Notes: a model not told the origin generated them from the sequence alone. DNA of 60,047 nucleotides, filler included, from Squatina squatina (GCA_031763465.1; 4 parts of 4 records of this genome joined end to end with filler, not necessarily neighbours in it), one strand, 5' to 3'. Counted from the first letter of the whole stretch, positions 1-12,047 are shown. Numbers and translations are program-made.

Positions 1-175
1 TCAATGAACAGTTAACTACCATGAAATGACAGCCAGTATCTATCAGAAATACTGCATATTCTGAGTATACATCTGGCCAATTCCACATTCTGATGGGCTT
101 CTGTCCATCCTTTCAGAGTTGTGAACACTCTGACTGACTGGATCATACATACCTTAGTGAGATAAGTTACTACAA

Positions 176-632
176 TGGTCAGCCTTGGTTCACTGGAAGC
201 GATCTTGCCTGAGTCAGCAGGACTGAGGGTTCAAGTCCCACTCCAAAGACTTGAGCATATAATCCAGGCTGACAATCCAGTGCAGTACTGTGTGAGTGCT
301 GCACGGTCGGGGGTGCCACTCTTCAGATGAGACGTTACACCAAGGCCCCAACTGCCCTCTTAGGTGGGCGTAAAAGATCCCATTGCACTATTTTGAAGAA
401 GAGCAGGGGGGATCTCCTGGTGTCCTGGGCAATATTTACCCCTCAAGCAACATTGCCAAAAACAGATTATCTGGTCATTATTGCACTGCTGTTTGCGTGG
501 CTCTGCTGTGCAGAGATTGGCTGCCGCTTTTTCTACAACAGTGACTACACTTCAAAAGTATGTCATTGGCCATAAATGCTTTGGGACGTCCTGAGCTTGT
601 GAAAGGTGCTATAGAAATGCAAATCTTTCTTT
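176..632 (+). mobile_element. Near full-length tRNA-derived Deu-domain SINE (SacSINE1/AmnSINE1-like)
   Basis: B-box-like GGTTCAAGTCC near 228, central GATGAGACGTTA...AAAGATCCCAT core recalled from DeuSINEs, tail AAAGGTGCTATAGAAATGCAA; several related copies occur in this window. Confidence 0.8.
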
Positions 633-1791
633 CACACCCTTTCCATTAGTAGGGCTCTTAGCATAAGTTATACCCATGGCTGTTGAAAATACTAAAACAC
701 TAGTGGCTTATTCATATTTTCATAGGAGCAGTGACAGAACAGCAATACCGAACTTGTACATTTTACAATTGGAGGGATTTGGGGATAGGACAGTCAGTTG
801 TAGGATTTGACCTAACACTTTGTTCTTCTTTCCAAATTAAGTTTTCAAGAGTTTACATAGAGGTGGATGTGTTTCAGGAGCCGTGCCTTTTAACTGGACT
901 GTGGTTGCAGGAGAGGACACTGATAGATTAGGGTTTATAATGGCTTTCCATCTGATGTGGTGGCCGTGTACTTAACGATTGGAGCAATTTGTTTAGTTGA
1001 GCGGGGTGACAAGGAATTTTGCCTACATTAGCCAGTTGGTCTGTTCCACCGATCCACCGATCTGTTTGCGTGGAGCATGTTTAATACGTTAGAAATCTTT
1101 AGTAGTGATGCTTTTTTCATGTTGATTCACTGTTGCTGATAAATGGTGAACTTTTAATGAACTTGTCTGGGTGAGCTCAGGGTAGTGGGGTCAGCTTAGG
1201 TTTGTTTATAGCAAAGAGCTGGCACTAAGGGCCTCCTTCTGTGCTGTAAAAGTTTACGGTCTGTGGTCTAGGAGTGGATTAGGGATGAGTATCTGTGTGA
1301 ATTCAGGCTTCAGGGGCAGAGCAACTAAGTCTAAAAGCTTAGGGGAATACCACCAGTGACAAGGACTGGATTCAGCGTTTGACAACTGGGAAATGAGTAC
1401 AGCCCAGCTCACCACTGAACCACAGTGCATCTGGGCACAAGCTACCTCACTCCTCCTAGAATACTACTGGGAACAGACACAACTACTTCATTAGACTAGG
1501 TAAAATAAGTCTGATTTCCCCCACCTTCAACAGACAGACGGACTCAACCCTCCTTTACTGGACCACAAGGTAGCACGAACGCTGCTCCTCCCCTTGATAA
1601 TAAACACACACACACAAATACAACACTGCCAGAGAATACGGATACCGCCTCCTCACTAAACCACCAGGCTTCCAATTTTTAAACTAAAAATNNNNNNNNN
1701 NNNNNNNNNNNNNNNNNNNNNNNNNNNNNNNNNNNNNNNNNNNNNNNNNNNNNNNNNNNNNNNNNNNNNNNNNNNNNNNNNNNNNNNNNNN

Positions 1792-2010
1792 AACGAGCAC
1801 AGGGGTGATGTGTGAACTGGACTTGGTGCAAGTTAGGATACAAGCAGCAAAGTTTTGTATGAGCTCAAGTTTATGGAGGGTAGGAGGCCAGCCAGGAGAG
1901 CATTGGAATAGTTGAGTCTCGATATAGCAAAGGCAAGGGTGAGGGCTTCAGCAGCAGGTGAGCTGAGGCAGAGGTGGAGACAGGCAATGTTACGGAGGTG
2001 GAAGTAGGAC
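1792..2010 (-). mobile_element. L2-clade LINE ORF2 3' fragment
   Basis: Minus ORF 1833-2039 reads ISRLNYSNALLAGL, typical of the L2 ORF2 C-terminal region; related to 20820-21370. Confidence 0.75.
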
Positions 2011-2475
2011 TGTTCCATTCCAAACCGAACAAGTAACAACTTTACCCAACGATGTCATTTCATTTTCTTCAAGCCCAAATCTGGGTTTCAGTCAGTGAAA
2101 GAGTTAACTCAAGTCTGAAGGTTTTATAGTCATCTTAATTTCAATATAAGTTTTCTGTAACATTAGACTGTACTTTAGTTTTATTTGCAGAGATAAACCC
2201 GAGGCCAAATGGATGATGGTTTTGTCTCAAGCACTTATTATTTGGACAAACCACTTGGGACAGAGTGTACTTCAATGCTTTTCTCCTACAAGCTTTGTTG
2301 CTTATTTCGAATCATTACTGAATATGTTTTATAGGAAATAAATTGCTGCCTCTTTTTTCATCCTAATAACACAATNNNNNNNNNNNNNNNNNNNNNNNNN
2401 NNNNNNNNNNNNNNNNNNNNNNNNNNNNNNNNNNNNNNNNNNNNNNNNNNNNNNNNNNNNNNNNNNNNNNNNNNN

Positions 2476-2757
2476 CGGGATTACTAGTCCAGGCCCCAGG
2501 ATTACTAGTCCAAATAGTCCAGGCCTCGGGATTACTAGTCCAGGCCTCGGGATTACTAGTCTAAATAGTCCAGGCCCCGGGATTACTAGTCCAAATAGTC
2601 CAGGCCTCGGGATTACTAGTCCAAATAGTCCAGGCCTCGGGATTACTAGTCCAGGCCTCGGGATTACTAGTCCAGGCCCTGGGATTACTAGTCCAAATAG
2701 TCCAGGTCTCGGGATTACTAGTCCAGATAGTCCAGGCCCCGGGATTACTAGTCCAGT
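2476..2757. repeat. Minisatellite of alternating 21-bp and 30-bp units (GGGATTACTAGTCC[AAATAGTCC]AGGCCTC)
   Basis: About 11 copies of GGATTACTAGTC visible directly; array runs into the N gap. Confidence 0.95.
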
Positions 2758-2824
2758 AACATAACCACTATGCAACCGTTCCCGATAATGACATCACAGT
2801 GAGTGAATTATACACATAATATAC

Positions 2825-3301
2825 CTTTTGCTTTCTTCTGATGTTTTCCCACACTCTGTTACACACCAAACATTCAAAGGCATCAATGTAGTTGTCTTGG
2901 GAAACGTCTCGAACTCCCCACTTACGTTCTTTCATAGCAGTCAGCAGCTTCTCATTGGAGATTGGACCTTTCCTTTTCCACTCGAGGAAGCCCTCGTAAC
3001 GTTGGTCATCACCGTCCAATTGCATTATGTACTCTGCCAAGTCCTTGGGGTGCGAGAAACCTCCAACAAGTACTGCGCTTTTATTACTGGGAAGCCAGTC
3101 TGCTATACTTGGGGAGCCATAATAAACTGGAACCACTCCCAGTTTGAAAGGCCTCCACAGCTTCTCAGTGATATAATCGTCACAAACCGCGTTCTCGAAA
3201 GCGAGAATAAACTTGTACTGAGCGAGAATCCTATAGAATCCATCGTCATCCATGGTTGTGGGATCCTTAAGGCGACTTGGAAGGTCTTTGTTATGTAAAC
3301 A
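2825..3301 (-). CDS. FUT10: FUT10 (GT10 family fucosyltransferase 10), 3' part of the large catalytic exon
   Basis: CLHNKDLP...YKFILAFENAVCDDYITEKLWRPFKLGVVPVYYGSPSIADWLPSNKSA...DNYIDAFECLVCNRVWENIRRKQK matches recalled vertebrate FUT10; GT donor at 2824 at the expected phase-0 position; homology stops abruptly above 3301. Confidence 0.9.
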
Positions 3302-3538
3302 TAGCTTACAGTTCAGGCTCTGCTCCTGTTGAGAAATGAAATAAAAAGCTTTTAAACAACATGAGGTTGGGAGACAATCACAATGACTTAAAAGAGTACA
3401 CTTGCCAGAGGTGTACCATCCCACTCATTCCTTCCCCTNNNNNNNNNNNNNNNNNNNNNNNNNNNNNNNNNNNNNNNNNNNNNNNNNNNNNNNNNNNNNN
3501 NNNNNNNNNNNNNNNNNNNNNNNNNNNNNNNNNNNNNN

Positions 3539-3682
3539 CCACCTGAGAGAGCAGGCGTTTTAAACGTTCCACCTGAAAGACGGCACCTCCGACAGTGCAG
3601 CACTCCTTCAGCACGGGAGTGTCAGCTTGGAATTTTATCTCAAGTCTCTGGAGTGGGATTTGAACCCACAACCTTCTGAGCA
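3539..3682 (-). mobile_element. Deu-type SINE 5' fragment
   Basis: Reverse complement of the head/core of the 176-632 SINE (GGGTTCAAATCCCACTCCAGAGACTTGAG...GTCGGAGGTGCCGTCTTTCAG). Confidence 0.75.
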
Positions 3683-3827
3683 TGAGCTTGAAATTGTCTC
3701 TGACACCCAGACAGAATGAACAAAAGCCAGTCACATTACCTATGGAGAATGCCAAACCCGGGATATCTTTGTTCGGTGTTGTCGAAGTGGCTGGTGACCG
3801 ATTTCGACACGTCTCGGGAACCTTATC

Positions 3828-4079
3828 TCAATTCAGCTCCTCCTGTCCTCTGCCGATCAGTTGCGTTTCTTGGAGAGGACTGATTGTGTCTGCGATGTCA
3901 GCGTTGCCGTCAGCTTCCTCCATTAGCTGGTAACCTTCCTCTCTGGGCAGACACAGGCACCAGCCAGCCCCTGACAGATCCAGCTGCTCATATGGAATAA
4001 AGATTCTGAACCCATCCACTTCATCTGCACGTCGGGGTAATTTCTCCAGGTACAGGCAGCTCAGCACAATCCCAATAAC
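3828..4079 (-). CDS. Terminal coding exon of a tetraspanin-15-like (TspanC8-type) gene
   Basis: Acceptor TGTCTGTTGCAG then phase-0 frame VIGIVLSCLYLEKL...EQLDLSGAGWCLCLPREEGY...EELN-stop (83 aa); resembles the end of TM4 and the G-x-G-x-C-L-C-x-P tail motif of TSPAN15. Confidence 0.6.
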   Translation of the reverse strand, partial: VIGIVLSCLYLEKLPRRADEVDGFRIFIPYEQLDLSGAGWCLCLPREEGYQLMEEADGNADIADTISPLQETQLIGRGQEELN

Positions 4080-4981
4080 CTGCAACAGACAACAGGCTAG
4101 GTTTACTACTATTGTTACACAGCTTTTCACAGCAAATATATCCTTCAAATGGAGACGATTCATTAAAAAAAACCCACAGAGCAGCTTAAAAAAATTGCAA
4201 GATGCCGGACCTGGAAAAATAATGAAAACATTACTTAAGAAAGAGTCTGAAAGGCACTTGCAGCCTGATGGCACTCTGAGCTTCTCATCTAACAACAGAA
4301 CTGGCGAAGGCACAGTAATCGTTCAAGTCCCTTCAACCTGTAGGAGCGGTTGTTTCCCCTCCAATGATATTTTGAAATATAAACCATAAACCCCACAGAA
4401 ACTGAACTGAACTTTAAGCCAACAGGTGGGTAGTGCTAGGAAAGGGTTAATGGCAAACATTTNNNNNNNNNNNNNNNNNNNNNNNNNNNNNNNNNNNNNN
4501 NNNNNNNNNNNNNNNNNNNNNNNNNNNNNNNNNNNNNNNNNNNNNNNNNNNNNNNNNNNNNNCACCTTGTCCTTGTGCAAAGCAATTAAAGCCACCAGTG
4601 CAAAGTAAATGGGTCTCAGTTTATAACGCTTGGATATTGATGAGTCTCCTAATTGCACTTACGCTAAGTGCATCTAAGTGACTGGCATAATGGCTCGCAG
4701 GCCATGATGAATTTGATTTATGTGGTAATTTGCCTTAAGTGAGCCCTTTGTGCAGCTAAGTGAGCATTTCTGAGCCACAATGAATTTGTTACTGTGCTGA
4801 TTTCTACACAATATAATCATTCTGTAGCTGCATGAGGCCTTTACAGACCACATCAAATTAATTTGATGCTTTAGTTGCAGTGCAAGAGTAACTTTGTGCT
4901 GATTTGGTAGTAATGCTGTGAAATTCACAGAGAAAGTTAAAATTTATTCAGACAGAGCTTTAAAAACAAAATTAGTTCTCA

Positions 4982-5260
4982 GACTTGGGTGTCTCTGGCA
5001 AGGCTGACATTTATTGGCCAGCCCTTGTACAACTGGGCGGCTTGCTAGGCCACTTCAGAGCGCAGTTAAGAGTCAGCCACATTGCTGTGGGTTTGGAGTC
5101 ACATTGATAGATAAGGATGGGTAAGGGCAGCAGATACCCTTTGCTAAACAACATTAGAAACCAGATGGGGTTTTATAACAATCCAACAGTTTTTTTTCCA
5201 TTCCAAATTTATTTATTAATTAACTGAATTTAGATTCCCCAGCTGCAATGGTGGGATTTG
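4982..5260 (-). mobile_element. Second tRNA-SINE family (shark SINE2-type), body and tail
   Basis: Minus strand CAAATCCCACCATTGCAGCTGGGGAA...CCCATCTGGTT...GTGACTCCAAACCCACAGCAATGTGGCTGACTCTTAACTGC...CAATAAATG; tail resembles the LINE 3' end at 26130-26370. Confidence 0.65.
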
Positions 5261-5923
5261 TAAAGTAATAGTCTGATTTTCAAAAAAAATGGGTATCAAC
5301 TAAAATTATCTTAGCATGTTTAAAGCAAATAGCAGGAAATGTATTTGTGCTATTTAGTGATTGTTGTTTTTAAATATGTATTTAAAACCAATCTTACATG
5401 CATTAACATTTTTAGAACGGTGGAATTTCCAGGGGGGTTTAAAATTAACAATCACACAAATAGATTTAACTGTTCCCTTTTAAACAAATTCAGCGTCTGT
5501 TAGGACAAATCACTTTGGTAGAAAGTTACTGAAGTCTTTCAACTGCAACAATGAATGGTGGCTATCGCTCTTCATTTACAATATCACTGGTGCAGAACTT
5601 CATAATGTTGTTTTAGGGCGAGTCCTATATCAAATGTCTGCTCCCAGGCTGTCTTTAAGCAGCAACTCTAAAGTATAAAACATAAATCATACTAACAAGG
5701 TGACAACTGAGATAACTGATAAGTATCCAGATGTCCCACTTTATATGGGAGCACCACCATCATAAGAAATGCAGTGGTTCAAGGAGAAGGCCCACCACCA
5801 CCTTCTCAGTGCAACTAGGGATANNNNNNNNNNNNNNNNNNNNNNNNNNNNNNNNNNNNNNNNNNNNNNNNNNNNNNNNNNNNNNNNNNNNNNNNNNNNN
5901 NNNNNNNNNNNNNNNNNNNNNNN

Positions 5924-6050
5924 GCTTTATAGTCTCCCTTACTTCTCTGGTTAGCCATGGTTGTTTTGTCCTTCCTTTCGAATCTTTCCTCCAACTCTGC
6001 GATGTATTTTTGCTGAGAGTCATGAATTATCTCCTTGAATCCCCTTGTAA
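5924..6050 (-). mobile_element. CR1 LINE ORF2 fragment
   Basis: Minus frames FKEIIHDSQQKYI and KQPWLTREVRETIK are typical of the CR1 EN-RT linker. Confidence 0.7.
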
Positions 6051-7094
6051 ACAGATGCGCGAAAGATTTCACTGACAGACTGAAATTGTTTTGCTGACTG
6101 GGTATCCACTCAATCTTCCCATCTCTCTGAGCTGATTACATTTTGGCTGAGGATAAGAAAGCTGAAAGTCGATAAAATTTAGATAACAACATTTTAACGT
6201 TGCATTCTTGCTGCGATAGCTCTTAGTTGCCTGAACCCTGTGTGACGTCAAATACCAAATGTATAAGATGAACTGACCTTTCAGCTTAACTACAGTGACA
6301 GAAAACAAGGAGTTGACCTTAAAGTATCGAAATGTATTGTTCTGATGTAAATTTAAATGGCACTACCCGCGAATAGTCATAATCCGCCAACATTTGGCAG
6401 CCCGCTATGACATTTGTCAACGAGCCCTATTTGGTACAATCTTGTCACAGGGCGTAAATGGGCATGTCTGGGGAATTGTTTTTCTGCTGTTTGTGAAGTC
6501 CAGTCTGTGTAAGCTGCCGACAAAATTTCTTTTGTGAATCTGAAACTACGCTTTAGTACAGAGCACCAGTGCCCCCCGCTGTCAGCACCAGTTTAAATAC
6601 ACGATAATCCATTCCATCACTTGTACTCTAACCGACAGCATTAGGTCCTTTTTAACAAGAGAAATCAAGCAGCCGCCTCACTTCCTTTATGAATATCAGA
6701 TCCAATTTGGCTTTGCTCCAATTGTCTGCATAAAATCAAGTTTTGCCAATACTGATTCAGTTTAACTCACTGCAAGAGGAAATAATAAAATCTATCTGCA
6801 GCAGAATTTAAGCCCATTTATAAAGGGACAGCAACCTCCATGCATATTCAGAGGCTAACAGTACATTTTATTAACTCTGTTTTTAATTGTCCTTCATAAA
6901 GAGAAAAGTTTCTGTCCATGCAAGTGTGGAAACACTGGGGAGAACTGAGATGTTTCTGTGGACTTCTGCAAATGAAGGTTCACCAGACTGATTCNNNNNN
7001 NNNNNNNNNNNNNNNNNNNNNNNNNNNNNNNNNNNNNNNNNNNNNNNNNNNNNNNNNNNNNNNNNNNNNNNNNNNNNNNNNNNNNNNNNNNNNN

Positions 7095-7638
7095 GGCGGG
7101 CTCTACTCGGGCGGTTTCAGCAGCACTTGTAGCGCTGATGTGTTTCAATGCCCCGTCCCTTCCGTTAAAGGGGAGGGATGTTGCAAGATCTGCAAGCTAT
7201 TTGGTGGCCTCCACTGGGCCACCAGGGCTAAGGGTTGCCGCAGCCCGGCACCGGGACAGAGCGCTGGGCTGTACGAGGGCGGCCCGGACCCCGAGAAAGG
7301 AGCGGTGAACAGCGTAACCAGTGAGTCGAAAAAAAAACAAAGATGGCAACGCAGCGCACCTCCCCTTTAAGGTTCGCCCCATGATGGGTTACCGGCCCAG
7401 CTTGCAACTCGCGAAGTCGGCCTCATGGGGCGCTAGCCAATTTCCGACGCGGGCCGATAAGGGGTCACCGCGCATGGCGATGGGGCGCTGCTAGCGGGGG
7501 CCCGGGGCGCTGCCAGCGGGGGCCCGGGGCTAGCGTGTTCGAGCTTCCGATAAATCCCGCGCAATTTCGTGGGAGCTGGCAGTGCCCCCGCTCCCTGAGG
7601 AGCTAACGGCAGGTGCAGAACTGGGGAATTTCTGCCAC
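7095..7638. mobile_element. GC-rich non-autonomous DNA element (MITE-like), one end lost in gap
   Basis: Abrupt GC/CpG-rich block ending in GAATTTCTGCC; shares the TAAAGGGGAGG and CCCTTTAAG motifs with 55228-55872. Confidence 0.5.
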
Positions 7639-8094
7639 TTATACTTTAGATTCCAATACAAGTGCTTTTTTTTTAAAAGAATAGAGCATATTTATATTTC
7701 AGAAGAGAACTTTTAAGAACTTGAGTTTATCTAGGAAGGGTTTTGAGGTGTCACTGAGAGCTCAGTTGGAAATAACATTGCCTGATTGCTCATCCCTGCT
7801 TCTAAATTGGGTTAGCCTATCCCAGCTGGTAGTTGGTCTCACCATCCCTAATAGGGAGCAAGGAAAGATCAGCCAGGGTTCCTGTTCCTGATCAGTGTCT
7901 GGGGCATTCCACTTGGAAATGTGTAACTGTCAGCTGAGGATAGGGGCAAACTCAGCTCTGATGCCCTCCATGGTTGAGCAGCGTCCATTCACGGACTAGG
8001 CTCACGCATGAAGAATGGCCACTCAGGCGAGGTGCTGGAGGTTTCCGCGTGCCCTTGGAGTGAATCTGTGACTTCAGGGCAAGTGGGAAGAAAC

Positions 8095-8245
8095 TGGGGA
8101 GATGGAGGAGTGCAGTGATCTCGGAGGGTTGTGGGGCTGGAGGTGATTACAGAGATAGGGAGGGGCGAGTCCATGGAGGGATTTGAAAACGAGGATGAGA
8201 ATTTTTAATATTGAGGCGTTGCCGGACCGGGAGCTAATGTAGTGA
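8095..8245 (-). mobile_element. L2 LINE 3' fragment
   Basis: Minus ORF LKILILVFKSLHGLAPPYLCNHLQPHNPPRSLHSS is the classic L2 ORF2 C-terminus. Confidence 0.8.
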
Positions 8246-9195
8246 GCACACATCACTATTCATCTACCACAAAACATTCTTGCAAAGCTTGCTCGCAAGC
8301 AGCTGGGATGTACCTGCATTCATCTGAGATCCCATTTTGCAGCAAAAGCTTGAAGTATTTTAAACATCAAAAGGTGGCTTTTGACTCAAGTGCATCATTA
8401 AACCTGGAGCTGTTCGAAAAGGGCAACTCTGAAAATGCCCTCTTGTTCTCTCGACCATTTGTTCCCCTTGTTGCTGAAAAGGGCAGGCTATCTCCACCTC
8501 CTACTCCCTGCCTTTTTGTTTGTTCCATCAATAGCCCTGAAACATGCATTCTTCCATCAAATTATGCTCTATAACGACTTGCTATTCTATCTGCCCCTGT
8601 CATCAGGCCCTGAGCTTTAAGGGAAGGTGCATTGCATCTTGCAGCTTGGCCCTGGTTACTTTTTCAGCTCATAAGCTTGTATGTGCTTCAAATATAATTA
8701 GATAAAATTCTATTATTTGAAAGAGCAAATGAAGAACCAAGTATTCATTAGGAGAGGGGGATGAAAAAGACCTATAATAACACGACTGAATGCCAACTCC
8801 TGTCACCGGGTAATGTTCCTGAATGTCAATAAGTTGCACTAGCAATCTGTGAAAGGGCAAACTCCAAACTACTGCCTTCAAAGACTGAATTCAGCTCTTT
8901 CATTTAAATCTGCAGCATGCCATTTCTAAATATTAATTTTCAATATCAATATAATCATTAGCCCGCCAAACACATGCAATGATGATGAGTCACAATCTAG
9001 ATATGTAATTTTTGAGTTTATGAGATGTCCTTGAGGAATAAACCGGAATCGAATTCGAGTTGGCACATCTATAATTACTTGTGTACAGCTGTCGTGTTTA
9101 TCATACTTGCTTGTGTTTTTTTAAATGGAATCTGCAATTTTTCTCTGTGCCTTAAAGGGATATTGCTATCCGCTTAAGGAGAACTCATGATTATC

Positions 9196-9338
9196 ATAGA
9201 ACGATATGGCACAGAAGGAGGCCATTTGGTCCATCGTGCCTGTGCTGGCTCTTTGAAAGAGTGATCTAATTAGTTCCACTCCCCCTGTCTTTTCCCCAGA
9301 GCCCTGCGCATTTTTCCTGTCAAGTATTTATCCAATTC
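9196..9338 (-). mobile_element. CR1 LINE 3' end fragment
   Basis: Similar to 15072-15325 and 31393-31932; minus frame ELDKYL. Confidence 0.75.
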
Positions 9339-11861
9339 NNNNNNNNNNNNNNNNNNNNNNNNNNNNNNNNNNNNNNNNNNNNNNNNNNNNNNNNNNNNNN
9401 NNNNNNNNNNNNNNNNNNNNNNNNNNNNNNNNNNNNNNGCGCCCGCTAGCGCCACCACCCCCCCCCCCCGCCTCCTCCCACCGTACGGTGCGAATTTCTC
9501 CCCCTTACACTTTTCACACACGATGTCCACATCCAGATTGGGTGGAGACAAACCAGCTTAAGGGAGGAATTCCGTCAACTCTACCCCAACACTGTGCCCT
9601 TATCCACCATGTGCTGCAGCATATTTCTGTTATCCGCACCAGCCGTACTGAAGGCAGTTTTGCACCTCAGTATGTGCCTCAGTTAAGACCATCTGAACTT
9701 TGTGTCCCTATAACAGATAAAGAGAGGACACTTTCACCCCTTGGGTGTGGGCTAGATACATCCAGAGGAATGTAGGAAGAGAACCATGTGTCCTTCTTGA
9801 CGTCAGGTAGCGCCTTTCCCAAGATCACTTGTGCTTAACGTCATATTGCACCTCCTCCTCCACCAATAGCACTCTTCAAATAGTGCACCGAACAGGTGAA
9901 AGAATTAAACGAGCCACCTTGTAAACAAAAGTCAGGAATCAATACAACATCCATTAGAATTTATTGATGTGAGCTCTTGTCTCTGTGAGAGGACAGCATG
10001 CAAAACAAGGGACATGTGCAGCAGAAAGAAGGCTTCCTGCCTGCTATTGTACAGTAAATCTATTATATACAGACAGCAAAAAAGGTCCACTGGGCTATAG
10101 AACTGAGTGGAGATGCAACAAGGAAAGTCAATAAATATCTTAACAGCACAGAGCTATACCAAGTGGCACTGAAAAGAGACACCTATTTGCACCTGAAAAT
10201 GCATTACTTAGCAGATACCACTTTTCACTATAAATGTTATTACAGCCTTTTATTATCTACAGATGCAGAAGGTATGAGTGACATTCTGCAGGGCGAGGGT
10301 GATGTGATTTCGTTATAGAAAAGAGATGAGCTGGTCACACTTGAGGTGATTAAACTGAGTGCGCAATCAGGCACAGTCTTGTGCTCTTCCTTCAGGTGCA
10401 AGACCCCTACTTGACTGGCATGGCGTGGGTTAAATTACAGCCACTTTGCAATAGAAATTCAATAACTGCAGCGGCTCTGGAGGGCAAAATGCAATTTCCT
10501 GCTTCAGACAAAAGTTCTATTGGATCAATTGTAATTCTCCTGCAATACTGTCTCTAACTTGTCTAACAGACGACAGAGCTTGCCGAAGTATAAGTGCCTG
10601 GAATTATACAAAAAATGGAAGACAAACACACATTCTTAAAAAAATAATAAAAACAGGCGGTCANNNNNNNNNNNNNNNNNNNNNNNNNNNNNNNNNNNNN
10701 NNNNNNNNNNNNNNNNNNNNNNNNNNNNNNNNNNNNNNNNNNNNNNNNNNNNNNNNNNNNNNNGCGGTCAAGCTATGTGTATTCTGTTTAAAGTGCACTA
10801 TAAATACTAATCTTTAAAGATACAATCAAAGAATTCAGATGGTACCTTCTATATATTTGTTATATTCTTGTAAAAGAAACATCATATACAGGTAACAAGG
10901 TTGTTTGACATTTACAGTAAGCTTAAAATGGAGCCATGTAATCATTTTAAAACAAAAAATGTTCTAAAATATTTTCCTTCCAACACTGTACAGACTACAG
11001 CTTTACGGCTCAGTAGCAGCTATAGACTTGGGCTGGGGTGGGGTGTGCAAGGAGATTGGGCAACTAGCACGTGGCGTCTTAAACGCTAAATGTTCACGAC
11101 TGCTAAGCTATTGGCACGCAGGAGAGAGAGAGAGATATCACGACAGAGTCATCTTACAGTGGAGGTCAGTCGCAAACGTATCTGGTCACAGGAAGCACTG
11201 AAATGCACTGCACCACATAATCTGGTGAGGAGGATGAGTAAGGGGGTTGGTTGGTAAGACAATGAGAAAGTGAAAACCAACCAAGCATTCAGCCCAATAA
11301 GCTCTTTTAAAAAGTATTCTTTTTGTTGGTCTCCGGTAAGCTATACTATACAAAGCATTGTTTCTTTAAAAAAAAAACACACACACACATCCACAGAAAC
11401 ATTCACTTCACTAGACTCCACTTTCTTTGTGAGTGTACGGTTTTAAATAATTTAAACTATTAAAAAAATGAAGGTGGGTGGGGGGGGAAATAAAAAGACT
11501 GCAAAGGNNNNNNNNNNNNNNNNNNNNNNNNNNNNNNNNNNNNNNNNNNNNNNNNNNNNNNNNNNNNNNNNNNNNNNNNNNNNNNNNNNNNNNNNNNNNN
11601 NNNNNNNATCCAAGTTGTCTATTTTCATATATGGGGATGCAATTATAGACATGACTCTTCAAATCACTTTCTTCTGGTCAACACTAAGTCGAAGACAGTC
11701 CCTCCGCACTTTTGTTTACTTATGCGGCACAGGAACTGCGTTGCTCAGTGTAGATATTAATGAAGGAACAAAAGGAAGTGTGGCCTTTCACCTTATCGAT
11801 AAGGCTCACTAATAGCGGAGCACTCCATGGAAGGATGGGGCAGAACTAAAATGTGGTTTTA

Positions 11862-12047
<186 letters not shown>

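Noticed and set aside
860-965. Minus frame HIRWKAIINPNLS as a possible FUT10 last exon
   Set aside because: Only a 3-4 residue resemblance, no clear acceptor, and downstream FUT10 motifs are absent
2329-2775. 148-aa repetitive ORF (GLVIPRP)n, or a CRISPR-like array
   Set aside because: Pure minisatellite with unit lengths divisible by 3 and no unique spacers; vertebrate context, no cas genes
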